From Malacoraja senta (taxonomy: Eukaryota), in assembly GCA_038087875.1 (NCBI GenBank), contig CM075997.1, positions 6,264,001 through 6,328,000 of the forward strand: a DNA stretch of 64,000 nucleotides. Reading direction: 5' to 3'. Below are positions 49,940 through 62,745 of the stretch, in pieces. Numbering within the stretch: position 1 is the first letter of the stretch; each line of letters opens with the position of its first letter. The notes beneath the pieces were generated by a model, which saw only the letters and a program-made list of their open reading frames with translations, made no database searches and had not been told where the DNA came from. Made by a program: the position numbers and the translations under genes.

Positions 49940-51172
49940 CATTGTTCACAATTTATATAAATGATTTGGAGGAGGGAACCAAGTGTAATATATCAAAATT
50001 TGCGGACGATACAAAAATGGGAGGAAAAGTAGGGGATGAGGAGGATAGGAAGAGTCTGCAAAAGGATATAGATAAGCTAGGTGAGTGGGCAACAACTTGG
50101 CAGATGAAATTTAATACTAATAAATGTGAAGTCATTCACTTTGGGGAAAAAAAATGATAGGGCAAGTTATTTTCTAAATGAGGTGGAGCTGCGTTGTAAT
50201 GCAACGCAAAGGGATCTAGGGGTAGTAGTACATGAATCACTAAAAGTTAGTATGCAGGTGCAGCAAGCAATCAGGAAGGCCAATGGAGTTTTGGCCTTTA
50301 TTGCTAGGGGGATTGAGTATAAAAACACGGAAGTCTTGCTGCAGCTGTACACAGTATTAGTGAGACCACATTTGGAATACTGTGTACAGTTCTGGGGTCC
50401 ATACTTAAGAAAGGATGTACTGGCCCTGGAGGCAGTGCAGCGAAGGTTTACAAGATTAATTCCTGCAATGAGGGGATTGACATATGAGGAAAGGTTAAGT
50501 AGGCTGGAACTCTACTCTTTGGAGTTTAGAAGAATGAGAGGCGATCTCATTGAAACATATAAGATCGTGAGGGGCCTTGATCGGGTGGATGCACCGAGGA
50601 TGTTCCCAATGATCGGGGAAACTAGAACTAGGGGACATAGTTGTAGAATAAGGGGGGGCTCTTTTAAAACTGAGATGAGGAAGAACTTCTTCACCCAGAG
50701 GGTGGTTAATTTATGGAATTCACTGCCCCAGGGAGCAGTGGAAGCAGAAACATTAAATATATTTAAATCTAAAATAGATGGTTTTTTAGCTGCCAAGGGG
50801 ATAAGGGGCTACGGGGAGAAGGCAGGGATATGGACCTAGGTATGGTTAGTATAGTAAGACCTGAGTGATCTCCTGGACAAGTGTCGATCGCCTGGATTGG
50901 GGTCGGAGAGGAATTTCCCGGATTTTTTTCCCGAATTGGACCTGGGTTTTTATCCGTTTTTTTGCCTCCCCCAGGAGATCACGCGGTTCTTGGGGTGGAG
51001 AGGGGTGATAGCGGTATAAAGGGGAGGGTAGTGTCTTGTGTTCTGTGTCTTGTGTCTACTGTTTGTGGGTAAGGGTGTCTGTTTAGTGTTCAGCCATGAG
51101 CGAATGGCGGTGCGGGCTCGATGGGCCTGGTGGTCTACTCTCGCACCTACTTTCTATGTTTCTATGTTTCTA
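49940..51172 (+). mobile_element. CR1 LINE 3' fragment (young, different subfamily, long 3' UTR)
   Basis: FTIYINDL...FADDTK, a single frameshift in an A-run near 50150, then a 237-aa ORF; (TTTCTATG)n tail. Confidence 0.93.
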
Positions 51173-52262
51173 TGAGCAATTTCATGCAGAACTACTCACA
51201 TTTCCCATCAAAGTCCAGATCTCTAAGGATATCTTCATTAAAAAACCAAGTCAAATGAACAGTGATGTGGTGGTAGCCCACAAGCTTCAAGATAAGGATG
51301 TTTGAATTCCAATATCAGCATTTCAGATGTACTTTCAATTGATTCTTGTTACCCCCAGTGCTTTTGGTATGTTCCTTTACCAAAGTCAATTCACTATATG
51401 ATGCCATATAGCACCTAAGCCACAATTCAGATATATTTAATGCAATTATTTTCTTCTTTCCTGCCTTTTGTTTAAATTTTGCAATGTATATTCCAAACAA
51501 ACTGTGTGTAGCTGGTAAAGTTATCCTTTACTCCAGCGGGGTCCACCAACATTTTAAACTAATAGTCACATGTTCCAGTATGGATTTTAACCAAGCTCAC
51601 ATGGTCATGCAAAGGGTCGTTCTTCACATTCATATTTCTAACATCATAGAAGGTGGCCATTCAGTCCATCAAATCTATACTGGCTCCTAGATCAATCCCA
51701 TTCCCCCATTTATTTCCTGGTAATTCCTCTCATGTGTCCCCCTCCATGTTACCTCTGCTCACTTGCACGAAAGACAGTCTCCAGTGGCAATTAACATATC
51801 AATCAGCAAGTAAGCCTTCAAGAGTGGGAGAAACTATTATACCATCATTCCATCCTTATTTTGTCCATCACAATTCGACTGTCCAGGAAAATACATTGAG
51901 TACTCCGAAGCCCACCACATACTGTCTAAATACAAACACACAAATCCACTTGCTTCTTAATTGTGCCAGGGAATCAATGCTGTGTTGAACGCTTTTCATG
52001 ACAAAGGGTTGCTTACTTTCAGTACTAAATCTTCCTATTAATATTGACCCTGCTTTTCCTTGTTTCATCACTGGTATTTTCTTCAGTTAGGTGTAACAGA
52101 TTTTAGAGTTTTATCGGCATCTCCCTAATTATAAAAATGAAGACATTACAACATTTTAAAATCTGATATGTAATCACATTGACGAAACATCAAAGTGCTT
52201 TAGGCAGTGTCTTGGAGTGGGAGTACTGCTGTCTAACAGAGAATAAACTGTTCTGCCCCAAC

Positions 52263-52625
52263 TAGTAGTAGGCCCCTCTCGGTCATGACTGACCATGGGT
52301 GATGCATCCTGATCAGATGCAAGCCTGGGCGATGTCAGATGGAGGAGAGGCTGTTGCCCATGCAGCACGTCCCCCCTCTCCACGTCGCTGATCGATTCAA
52401 AGGAACAGCAGGGCCGTTACAGTTTGGCACCTGCGCCGTCGCAGGAGCTGCCAGAGCGAGGTTGTAAACAACGACGAACTGCCTTAGGGGCTCCGACTCC
52501 GGATTTTCTTGAGGTTTACTCCTGGAGCCTTTTCCATGACTGGATATGGCCACAAGGCAGTGGAGGTTTTAAATCAGAATTTTCCCTCTCCTAGATGGAC
52601 TGCCTTCCCAGGCTGACGAGCCCCA
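52263..52625 (-). mobile_element. RTE-derived non-autonomous retroposon
   Basis: Minus-strand 5' part GGCTCGTCAGCCTGGGAAGGCAGTCCATCTAGGAGAGGGAAAATTCTGA resembles RTE 5' UTRs. (TAC)n tail; flanking 11-mer TCTGCCC(C/A)AAC. Confidence 0.6.
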
Positions 52626-53204
52626 TCTGCCCAAACAATGATACCTTAACAGGAATGCAGTTAGATTTACTGCTCCAGTGTTTACTAGGTGATCGGAGAA
52701 AGTCTGTTCTTCTTCATATAGTGCAATAGAATCATTAAAATCCAGCAGGCAAACGTCTATTCAGCGAGACAGTGCTTGAGCACAGACTACACACCCGTTA
52801 AATATCTCAGAAAAATACTCACACAATTCAAGATGGTTTGATGCCATTTATCATCCAAACCAATACTACACATAGGGTAAAAACAGTCCACTGTCGATCA
52901 GCTGACACCTTAGCATTCTCCGTTTGGTTTACTCTCCCTCTTTTTTGGAAAAGTACCTAATGATAATGTGGAGAGAGAAGATTATGAACACCGGTCTCCT
53001 TCCCAATCTAATTTACACACGAATGTTTACATGGTTATTATAGAATGAATGCAAGATTTAATAAAACACATGCTATTAAGAAAAATCAGTTAATACTTTT
53101 GTTCTTCTCTTGATCTGCTCGAGTTGAAATGTGATTAGGTATATGTCTGAATACTCAATAGATGCGTCAAGCGATAATAATAACATATTGTTTCCACTCT
53201 TAAG

Positions 53205-53269
53205 GTTTGATTATTGATGCTTTTGGTGAACTGAGAGACCAGCAGGAGCAAGTGAAAGAGGATATGGAG
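53205..53269 (+). CDS. RYR1: RYR1 exon (GLIIDAFGELRDQQEQVKEDME)
   Basis: 65 bp, ttaag| to |gtatga. Confidence 0.96.
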
Positions 53270-53412
53270 GTATGAATATTATAAGGAAGCTACCGTAAGC
53301 CCTTTCGTTGATGCTCAACAGATAAAATGTATTTTACAGGCAAATAAAGAAAAGGAAGTAGGATGTTTAATCCTAAACCTCAATTTTCTGGTGCATTAAA
53401 TAAAACTTTACG

Positions 53413-53601
53413 TGTGGGAAAGAACTGCAGATGCTGCTTTAAACCAAAGATAGTCACAAAAAACTGGAGAAACTCAGCAGGTCAGGCAGCATCTCTTGAG
53501 AAAAGGAATAGGAGACGTTTCAGTCTTGACCTGAAACATCACCTATTCCTTTTCTCCTGAGATGCTGCCTGACCCACTGAGTTACTCTGGCTTTTTGTGT
53601 C
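53413..53601. mobile_element. Palindromic Penelope-derived element (centre deleted)
   Basis: Inverted arms; 16-bp TSD TAAATAAAAC(T/G)TTACG at 53397-53412 and 53602-53617. Confidence 0.8.
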
Positions 53602-54092
53602 TAAATAAAACGTTACGACTGGAATGACCTCCAATTTATTACACGAGCAATGGCAGATTAGACGAAGGAAATCAGCTACATCGAAATAGTACCATTTTCA
53701 TCTCAGACAGCTGACCCACAGCAGAAATGTTTATAATGATTTGATAAATTGAGAAAAACCTGTATGATAGCATTGTGCATTGATTTGAGAAGAAAGCAAA
53801 AAAAAAAGGCACCAAAATGTTGCTAATGAGCTAAAAGTTTTTAAAAAATCAAAGTTTAAGAACTGGATAAAAATCAAACTTTTTTTCTGCTGTTGATCGC
53901 CTCATCTATCTTGCAATAATTTCGGACAAGTTCTACTCCAAACCTTAAAGATCTATTGCAGCAGAAAGTCAGTGACAGTAACCAAATTGTTTCAGTGCAA
54001 CATTGTTACTCAATAGGCTACCAAATAGGCATGACTTATTGGGCACTTTGCAGATATAGCATATATCCAAATCATGTTGCAGACTTTGTTAA

Positions 54093-54411
54093 AGCCCTGT
54101 CCCACGGTACGAGTTCATTCCAAGAGCTCTCCCGAATGTGCCCTGATTCGAATTCGGAGATTTACGGTAATGGCCACTCGGGGCTCTCGTGGACATTTTT
54201 CAACATGTTGAAAAATCTTCACGAGTCTTCCCGTGCTTACCTGCCGTTAGCGAGTCTTCCCGAGTACCTGCCGTTAGCGGTACGAGACGCTAAAAGACGT
54301 CCCCGAGCTCCGACATACCCGCTACGTTCATTCTCCGTGCTTACCACGAGTTTGATTTTTTTTTTAACTTGTGAGAACTCTTGGAATGAACTTGTACCGT
54401 GGGACAGGGCT
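54093..54411. mobile_element. PIF/Harbinger-like MITE
   Basis: TIR AGCCCTGTCCCACGGTACGAGTTCATTCCAAGAG and its reverse complement. Confidence 0.8.
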
Positions 54412-54412
54412 A

Positions 54413-54698
54413 TTAGTTTAGAGATACAGCGCGCATACAGGTCCTTTGCCCCCACGTCCACAATCCCCACACACTAACGCTATCCCACACACACTAGGGA
54501 CAATTTACATTTATACCAAGCCAAATTACCTACAAACCTGTACGTCTTTGGAGTGTGGGAGGAAACCGAAGATCTCGGGAAAACCCCCCGCAGGTCGCGG
54601 GGAGAGCGTACAAACTCCGTACATACAAGCACCCGTAGTCAGGATCGAACCCGAGTCTCTGCCGCTGTATGCTCTACCGCTACGCGACTGTGCTGCCC
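54413..54698 (-). mobile_element. tRNA-derived SINE, same family
   Basis: GGATCGAACC (reverse-complement B-box) and shared body. Confidence 0.82.
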
Positions 54699-55832
54699 TT
54701 AATTTCATTTTCATTTCACAATTCATTATTGTGAATTCTTTAGTGGAGTTTTATGTTCCTATCTGTTTCAGTGTCTTTCTGTTATAAAATCATTAGGTCA
54801 TACAGTATGGAAACATGTCCTTCAGCCGAACCTGTCCATGCTTCCCCATCAACTCAAGTCCCACCAGCCCATGTTTGGCCCAAATCAGTCTAAACCTTTC
54901 ATATCCATGTACTTGTCCAAATGTCTTTTAAATATTGTCATAGTACCTACCTCAACTATCTCCTCTGGGAGCTCATTCCATATACCCACCACCCTATGTA
55001 AAGGGTTCATAAACTGCAGTTCCTAATACCAGCTAACATAGTGTTGAGTGATTTGGTTTTCTTCAAAATATATAACTTCATTTTGTGAACAAATTAACCT
55101 CTTGAAGGCAAAATAATGTACAATAATTACATTTAACACATGCCAAATTGCTTCAGATACCTATTAAATTATTGTTTCCTCAACTCTGGGAAGAAGACTC
55201 CATGCTATGCTAATTGTCTATTCCCCTCATGATTGTATACACCTCTATAAAATTACCTCTCAACCTCCTGCACTCCAAGATATAAAGTCCCAGCCTGCAC
55301 CCCCCACCTCTTCTGACCAAATGCAGAACATGACAATGCATCTTCTTTCTGTCTCAGGAGGTTATGTGGAACCAGGAAGTCAAGTCCTACATTGTTTTTA
55401 AAGAACTTGGTGACAGTCTATGACATGGTGCTGAGGAAGTTTAAAAGATTTAAAAGTTACAAAAATGGATTCAGCTGAAACTAGAAGTAAAGACAGGCTT
55501 TTACCTTTCCCCTATTATAATAGCAAAGCCAGCAGAAAACGCTTACCCTATCTCCTATTACACTAACAAGGCTAACAGTCCTGTTGAACTGATAGCTGCT
55601 CGAGTGACACAAACGGAGACCACAAGAAGTCTTTGTACTTTAATGTATTCTCATACTGATCGAGCTAAAAGTGTGGTTCCTACCCTGCTGGAGTAATTTG
55701 ATACTCATTGAACATAGGGATGCAACCCATGAGAAACTAGCCGTTCTGAAGCTGTAAAAAGGTGCTGTTCGTGAACAGCTCCAGTGACATGGTGCACATC
55801 AGCAGATCCTGCAGCAGCAGCAAGAAGCCTAA

Positions 55833-56049
55833 AGGGCCTGTCCCACTTTCACGACCTAATTCACGACCTTTTTTGCTCGTGGACAATTTTCATCATGTTG
55901 AAAAAACGCCCCAACCTACTTGATGCCACGAGTGCCTACGACTAGCATCACGACCTACCTACGACCTCGTGGCGACCATGCTGCGAGTACGAGTCAAGGG
56001 CAAACTCGGCAGAGGTCATGAATTAGGTCGTGAAAGTGGGACAGGCCCT
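55833..56049. mobile_element. PIF/Harbinger-like MITE
   Basis: TIR AGGGCCTGTCCCACTTTCACGACCTAATTCA; flanks TAA / TTA. Confidence 0.8.
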
Positions 56050-56236
56050 TTAAAGAGCAGATCTATCTCCTTTGGCTTGAAAACCATGTCTCTCTTCTGC
56101 AGGATTAACAGCATGAACCAAACCCCCCCCAGCCCATGCGTGCACGCACTTGCACACACACACACAATGGTAAGCGTCTGATCTGCATGGCATTGTTATT
56201 TTGTACTTGTTCATAATGACCTCTCTTTTTGTTTAA

Positions 56237-56341
<105 letters not shown>

Positions 56342-56409
56342 TGAGCAATCAATTGGTGAAAAACGTCTAAATATGTAGGAACATTAAAATTGTTCAAAAA
56401 TTGATTAAG

Positions 56410-57700
56410 GTAGTCGGCATGGCTTGGTGCGTGGGAAATCATGTGTCACAAATGTAACTGAATTTTTTGAAGAGGTGTCAATAAAGATTGATGGGGGGGT
56501 GGGGCTAGAGAACGTTGTATTACTGAGAGACCGAGGGGTGTAAGTAGATTGTTCCATGAAAGGGGACATTTAGCATTTAGGACACATGGTAAAGAAGACA
56601 TTTAGCAAGTTTGCCACCATCTGTCAGGGGATTGAGTTGGGGGTCATGTTGCATTGTGTACAAGACATTGGTGAGACCACATTTGGACTATTAAGGGGCT
56701 GTTCCTCTGTGGCGACCTAATTGGCGAGTTTAGAAGAGTTTGCCCTCGACTCATACTCGCAGCATCGTCGACATGAGGTCCTAGGAGGTCTTTGTAACTC
56801 TCCTTCATGCTCGAGAGTAGTCCCCGTGTACTCGAGGCCTCAGCTAGGTCGGCGTATTTTTCAACATGCTGAAAAATGCCCGCGAGTAAAAAAAGGTCGC
56901 CATGGAAAAAAATCTATATTTTTTTTACTCGTAGGTTTAGTCGAAGTAGGTCGTAGTAGGTCGGCATGTTATTCATAGGTAATCGAGGGTAGTCGAAGGT
57001 AGTCAACATAGTCGAAGGGACGTCGAAGGAGATCGAAGGAGTTTGTCTTCACTCTCCACTATTCTGTGTCCAATTTTCCCGAAGTTAGTCGTAGCTAGTC
57101 TTCAACATAGTCGAAGGAGGTCGAAGGAGGTCTTCAACATGACACTTTTTCAAACTCTCCCAAACTCTTCTAAACTCGCCAATTAGGTCGCCACAGTGGG
57201 ACAGCCCCTTTAGGTACAGATTTAATTGCCCAGCAATAGGAAGGTTGTCATTAGCCTGAAAGGGTGCAGAAAAGATTCACCAGTATGTTTGTGGGTTAGG
57301 AACGTTTGAGTTATAATTAGGCTGGGACTTGTTTCCCTAGAACATAGGACTTGAGGAGTGACCTTATGGAGGTGTATCAAATTATGAGGGGCATAGTTGC
57401 AGTCTTCATCCCAGTGAAGGGGTTGAAAACTAAAGGGTATAGTTGTTAGGGGAAAGGTTTAAAAGAGTAGTGTTCATGAAGAGCAGCGTTTTCACACAGA
57501 GGGTGGTTGGTATATGGAAAGAGATACCAGAAGAAGCTGTTGAGATGGCTACAGTTACAAAGTGTAAAATAAATTTGGACAGGTATATGCATTAGAAAGA
57601 TATAAGGGCCAAATGTAAGCAAATTAGATTAGTTCAGATAGATATCTTGAACGGCATGGATGAATCAGACTAAAAGGCCTGTTTCCCAGCTGCATCATTC
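56410..57700 (+). mobile_element. Old CR1 fragment split by a MITE
   Basis: GTGAGACCACATTTGGA and TTCACACAGAGGGTGGT motifs. Confidence 0.7.
56694..57209. mobile_element. PIF/Harbinger-like MITE inserted in a CR1 fragment
   Basis: TIRs AGGGGCTGT...GTGGCGACCTAATTGGCGAGTTTAGAAGAGTTTG; exact TTA TSD at 56691-56693 and 57210-57212. Confidence 0.82.
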
Positions 57701-57758
57701 CACGGCATCAGCCGTAGCTTACATCATGATTCATCTGTTCACAACACTTCTATTTCAG

Positions 57759-57810
57759 GTTCTTCCTGATGTATCTAATTAACAAAGATGAAACTGAACA
57801 CACGGGTCAG
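57759..57810 (+). CDS. RYR1: RYR1 exon (FFLMYLINKDETEHTGQ)
   Basis: 52 bp, tttcag| to |gtatgt. Confidence 0.96.
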
Positions 57811-58182
57811 GTATGTTGTCTTTCAGACCTTCACTGCATGAAGTATTAATACCAGTGGGGGTGGCAGTGATGGTTAACTAGAGCTGCTGCATTACAGTGG
57901 GGCAGAGGAGGGTAAATAGTGAGTTGGGAAGAGCGTAAGGGCTAGGGCAGGCAGAAATGGGAAAGGAGCTTGTGATTTGATTTGGTCAAGCTGGAGAGAT
58001 GATATGGGGTGCTGGAAAATTCATAATACTTGGGGAGATGAAAGAGAGTATTGAGAAGACAGACAAGAATGTGCTTTAAGTGTATTGTCAGGAATGAGGT
58101 GAAGCAGAGTGGAACCAAGGAAAATGAATGCCATGCTCTCCCTAGATTTACATAACCAGTCTCATAAACTAAGAAGGTCCAG

Positions 58183-58482
58183 GGGGAGCATACTGGCGCA
58201 GCTGATAGAGCTGCTGCTTCACAGCATCAGACACCAGAGGTTGATCCTGACTTTGGGTGTTGACTCTGTGGAGTTTGCTCATTCTCCCTGTGACTGCGTG
58301 GGTTTTCTCCGTGTGCTCCGGTTTCCTCCCACATCCCAAAGACGTGTGGGTCTGCAGGTTAATTGGCCTCTGTAAATTGCCCCTAGTGTGATGCAAAAGT
58401 GGGATAACATGGAACTAGTGTGAACAGGTAATTGATGGACTCAGTGAGCCGAAGAGCCTTTTCTATGCTATCTTTCAATCAA
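58183..58482 (+). mobile_element. tRNA-derived SINE, same family (older)
   Basis: Shared body GGTTTCCTCCCACATCCCAAAGAC. Confidence 0.75.
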
Positions 58483-59301
58483 ACAATCAATGATGAGATC
58501 AAGATCTCCTTCAGAGGTCGATTCAGAGCTCAAGCCTCAAATACACAGTAGAATCTTATGTAAGTAATATACTTCCTGTGTGAGACTGCACTTTAAAGCT
58601 ATGTCTAACTGTAAGGAAAAGTAAATGAAAAGATTCCTAACATAGGAGTCAATACCACATTAGATGTCATGCTCAATCAATTTAAAAATAACATGGTAGC
58701 TGGATATGTTATTTCACACTCAAGCTGAGCTGAAATGCAGCAGTCTTTTTTACAGAATAATAATAATAACTTTATGTGGATAGCACTTTTCATACAATTG
58801 AATGCAACCCAAACTGCTTTCCACATAGACACAGGTTAAACAAACATATAATTTTTAACACTGAGCATAGGCAGTTAATAGCATAAAAAAGCACAGATTT
58901 GTATAAAAATATAAAATATAAAATTGAGAGTGTAGGACAAAGGAAGTAAAGTCAGTTAAAAGCTTGATTAAAAAGATAAGTCTTTAGCTGCCGTTTAAAA
59001 ATGTCAACTGAGGTCTCTCATAGCCCTGGATAGGGTGTTTCACAGTATAACTCATTTAATCCACAATACATCTGTTTGGTTAACTATCTGGTTCAGGGTG
59101 CAGATTCCTGCATGCCACTGTAGCCCCAGTTTCTGTGCTTCCATTAAACTCACTGGGGCCCCATTTCACATGTTCCAATGAAACTGAGGTCATTACTATG
59201 TAATATCTAGAGTGCTATAGTTAAACCTGTGTTGGAGTATCAATAGGAATAACATCCACTGGTCCAGAAAAAACTGCTCATCCAAGTTTCAAATATGGGG
59301 T

Positions 59302-59517
59302 CACGAGACAGTGCAAATGCTGGAATCTTGAGCAAAACACAAAGTGCTGGAGAAACTCAGCAGATCAGGTGCCGTTAGTGAAGGGAATAGACAGATGACA
59401 TTTCAGGTCAGGACCTCTCTTCAAATGACAGTCTGAAGAAGTGTCCCGACACAAGACATTGTCTGTCCATTCCCTCTATAGATCCTGATCCACTGAGTTC
59501 CAGCACTTTGTGGTTTG
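59302..59517. mobile_element. Older palindromic Penelope-derived element
   Basis: CACAAAGTGCTGGA...TCCAGCACTTTGTG arms around GTCTGAAGAAGTGTCCCGACAC. Confidence 0.7.
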
Positions 59518-59949
59518 GAGAATTTTCACGTATGACGGATGAACAAAATTTTTATGTGTTTGGAAAAACATCACTGAGGGACCAACAGCATTGTTGACCT
59601 CGAGCCATTTGACTGGAGATGGATGACATTAGCAACCATACCAGTTGAAACATCGCAGGGTTTCCAGCAATACCAGTAGCTGGCAGAACTCTGACATCTC
59701 TCTGCACACTCAAATATGCTATTTTCCAACATTTGGACAGTTACATGATGGTGGAAGGGGGCAATGGAAATGGTGTGTGTGTGCTTGTGTCTTCACATGA
59801 GAATGTAATGTTTAGAGTACCCAGCAGCGACATAATTGACAGCATAGGAAAATTATTTACTGCATTTCTCTCTCCTGCTAAGCTCTTGTGCATCTGTCAG
59901 TGCACAAGACTTTCTCCTGTTGCATGTACCTTGTTGCATGTACTAATGT

Positions 59950-60820
59950 TGTGACCAGTGGTAATCCGCAAGGATCTGTGCTGCAACTTCTGTTGTTAAA
60001 ACAACTTGACGTAAATGTAGTTAGCAAGTTTGCACATGACACCAAAATTGATGCAGTTGGGGACAGTGAGGAAGCCTGTCAAAAGGTACAGTGAGTGATA
60101 TATATAAATGAATTACAAAATGGGCTAAGAAATGGCAGATTGAATTTAATCGGAGCAAGTGTGAGGTGTTGCACTTTGGGAGCTCCAATGTATGGGGCAG
60201 GGTATACGGGTGATGGCAATAGACAATAGGTGCAGGAGTAGGCCATTCGGCCCTTTGAGCCAGCACCTCCATTCAATGTGATCATGGCTGATCATCCCCA
60301 ATCAGTGCCCCGGTCCTGCCTTCTCCCCTCAAACCCTCATTGATGTGCAGATGGATCTTGGGGTCCAGCTCCATGGCTCCATGAAAGTGGCAACAGAAGT
60401 AGATAGAAGTAGACATATGGACAGTGCACTGAATTTAAGAGTCAGGAAGTCATGTTGCAGCTTTCTAAGACTTTAGTTAGACCACATTTGGAGTATTGAG
60501 TGCAATTCTAGTCATCCCATTACTGGAAAAATGTGGAGGCTTTGGAGAGGGAGCAGAAGAGGTTTACCAGTAGGTTGCCTAAGATCAGAGGCCAAAAGGT
60601 TAAAAGATATGTAGGGGGCAGATTTTTGTTACACAGAATAGTGGGTGCCTGGAACATGGTGGTGGAAGCAGATACAATAGTGGTGTCTAGGAGGTGTTTA
60701 GATAGATGCATAGATAGATATTCACGGGATGGAGGGATATGGATCACTTATAGGCAGAGATTAGTTTAACCTGTTCAGCAGGGACATTGATTCCTGTCAT
60801 GTATTATTTATGGTTCTATG
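59950..60820 (+). mobile_element. Old CR1 fragment with an inverted CR1 3' end inserted at about 60217-60328
   Basis: VTSGNPQGSVL and KFAHDTK; the insert starts CAATAGACAATAGGTGCAGGAG. Confidence 0.75.
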
Positions 60821-61037
60821 TTTGAATGAGCTCCATGTCTCTTTGAGAAAATCCATGTGCTTACTTCCACTGACTTGCAGCCTTCCTTTGAATCATCTTC
60901 CAGATCAATACAATTTTACAAAAAATGCAAAAACTTTGTAAAAATATCAGTTTGATATTACCAGTAGAATGCTGAGTGCAAGAATAACTTCTGGGTGGGC
61001 TGCTGCCTTGCCTGACTAGCTCAACCAGTGGAAATAA

Positions 61038-61172
<135 letters not shown>

Positions 61173-62745
61173 TGTTGATGCTTATATACTGCACTTCTAA
61201 CAACCTATCACTTCTAACTAGTTCCTCACCGAAGATTTCTGGAATAAAAGTCACCTTTTTGCTGTCTGACAAATGCTTGTAAAAAGAACAAATTAAACTG
61301 GATTTTATTATGTACACAGTTTTTAAACAAAATAACTGAACCAGATATGTAAATTGGCCATGCTGCTTTTGCACACACTAATCAATTAATGAGTCTTGAT
61401 ATAGATTTATACTTGAGTGTACATTGAAAAGTCTTGATATTTTATGTATCTATTTTACAAATAGGAGAAAAGGTTGGTTAAAATAAAGTGCCTTAGCCTA
61501 ATCCTGAAATGCTATGTAATACAAACCCTTTATACCTTTCCCATTATGCAGGTAATGAGATGTCACCTTGCTGCACTATTCGGTAGTGTTAGCACCATTG
61601 TCAATGCATCCTACTTTCAATCCTAATAACTGAAATAGCTACTGAATTCAAGCAGCCACATTCTGTTTGCAAACCATTGCAGTGCTGTTCATTACGGGGC
61701 TCCCAGAATCTGTCTATGTTCATCAAAAGACAAGTAAACAGCACATTCACAAAACCAACACCAATCTTTTTAACTCCATGCTTAAATGCTCCCATATGAA
61801 CAGCTTTCTGATGCTGCCCTGATCATCTGGTTACAAGGTGTTGCTATGCAGATATGATAACCTGGTGTCAGGGTTCATCCAGGTAAAGACCAGTGTACTC
61901 TGGAATTAATTTTAATGTGCACGGTCGAAGCTTAAATATTATATTGCTGTCCTAATTTATTTTGTTGAAATAATTATAATTGAACTTTGCAGAGATATCT
62001 TTAATCGACTATTTATTTAATTTGGTATTTATGTTGTCTCAAACTCCTGCTTATTTGTTTTCTAAGATGATGCAGTTTGACGTGTTACTTTGCTTGGACT
62101 GATTTATCCTGTATTTAAGAGGGTGGTTTGGAAGAGCTATTGTGCATCATCTTTATACCACTCATTTATGTGGAATGGATACAGTCAATGCTTTGTTGGT
62201 AAAACCTTCAAAATTAGCATCAGGTTTCTTTCTAGTTGTTTCAGAGGGGTGATTATTGTCGCATTTAACAACCAGTGTTGGTTGCGATTTTCATTCAAAT
62301 TTCGCTGGAAGGATAGGAATGCATTTTTACACAAGTTAATCCCTCTTGACTGTACAACTCTAAGTGTAAAACAGTGTTCATTTTAATCCTTTTTTCTTTA
62401 ATGAAACATTGCTACAATGAAAACTGGAACACATAACAATGCAAATACAAAATTGGCGATATTGATGCAGTTCATGTTAGAATAATAGCTCATTCTATAG
62501 CCTTTCCTGTGTAATTTTCATTGCCAACTCTTCAGCCATTTAGTTCCAAAACATCTTAAAATAATGTTGGTTACATTTCCAGAGCTATAGAGAAATTAAA
62601 TGATGTGACTGCTTCAAAGATGACACAATACAGTATTTGCTTGAATGTACAACCAAATATAGTCAAACGTATTAACTCAGGAGAAATTAACTTGGTTCCT
62701 ATCTCCTTTTACACAATAAAAGTTGTTTGCTGTTCAATTATTGAT
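61173..62745 (+). promoter_or_regulatory. Probable RYR1 3' UTR with candidate polyadenylation signals
   Basis: Repeat-free AT-rich sequence after the stop. AATAAA at 61243, 61482 and 62715, the last followed by a GT/T-rich tract. Confidence 0.5.

Noticed and set aside
56990..57140. Short GTCGAAGGAG repeats as a CRISPR-like array
   Set aside because: Irregular short repeats inside a MITE with no unique spacers, in a eukaryotic context.
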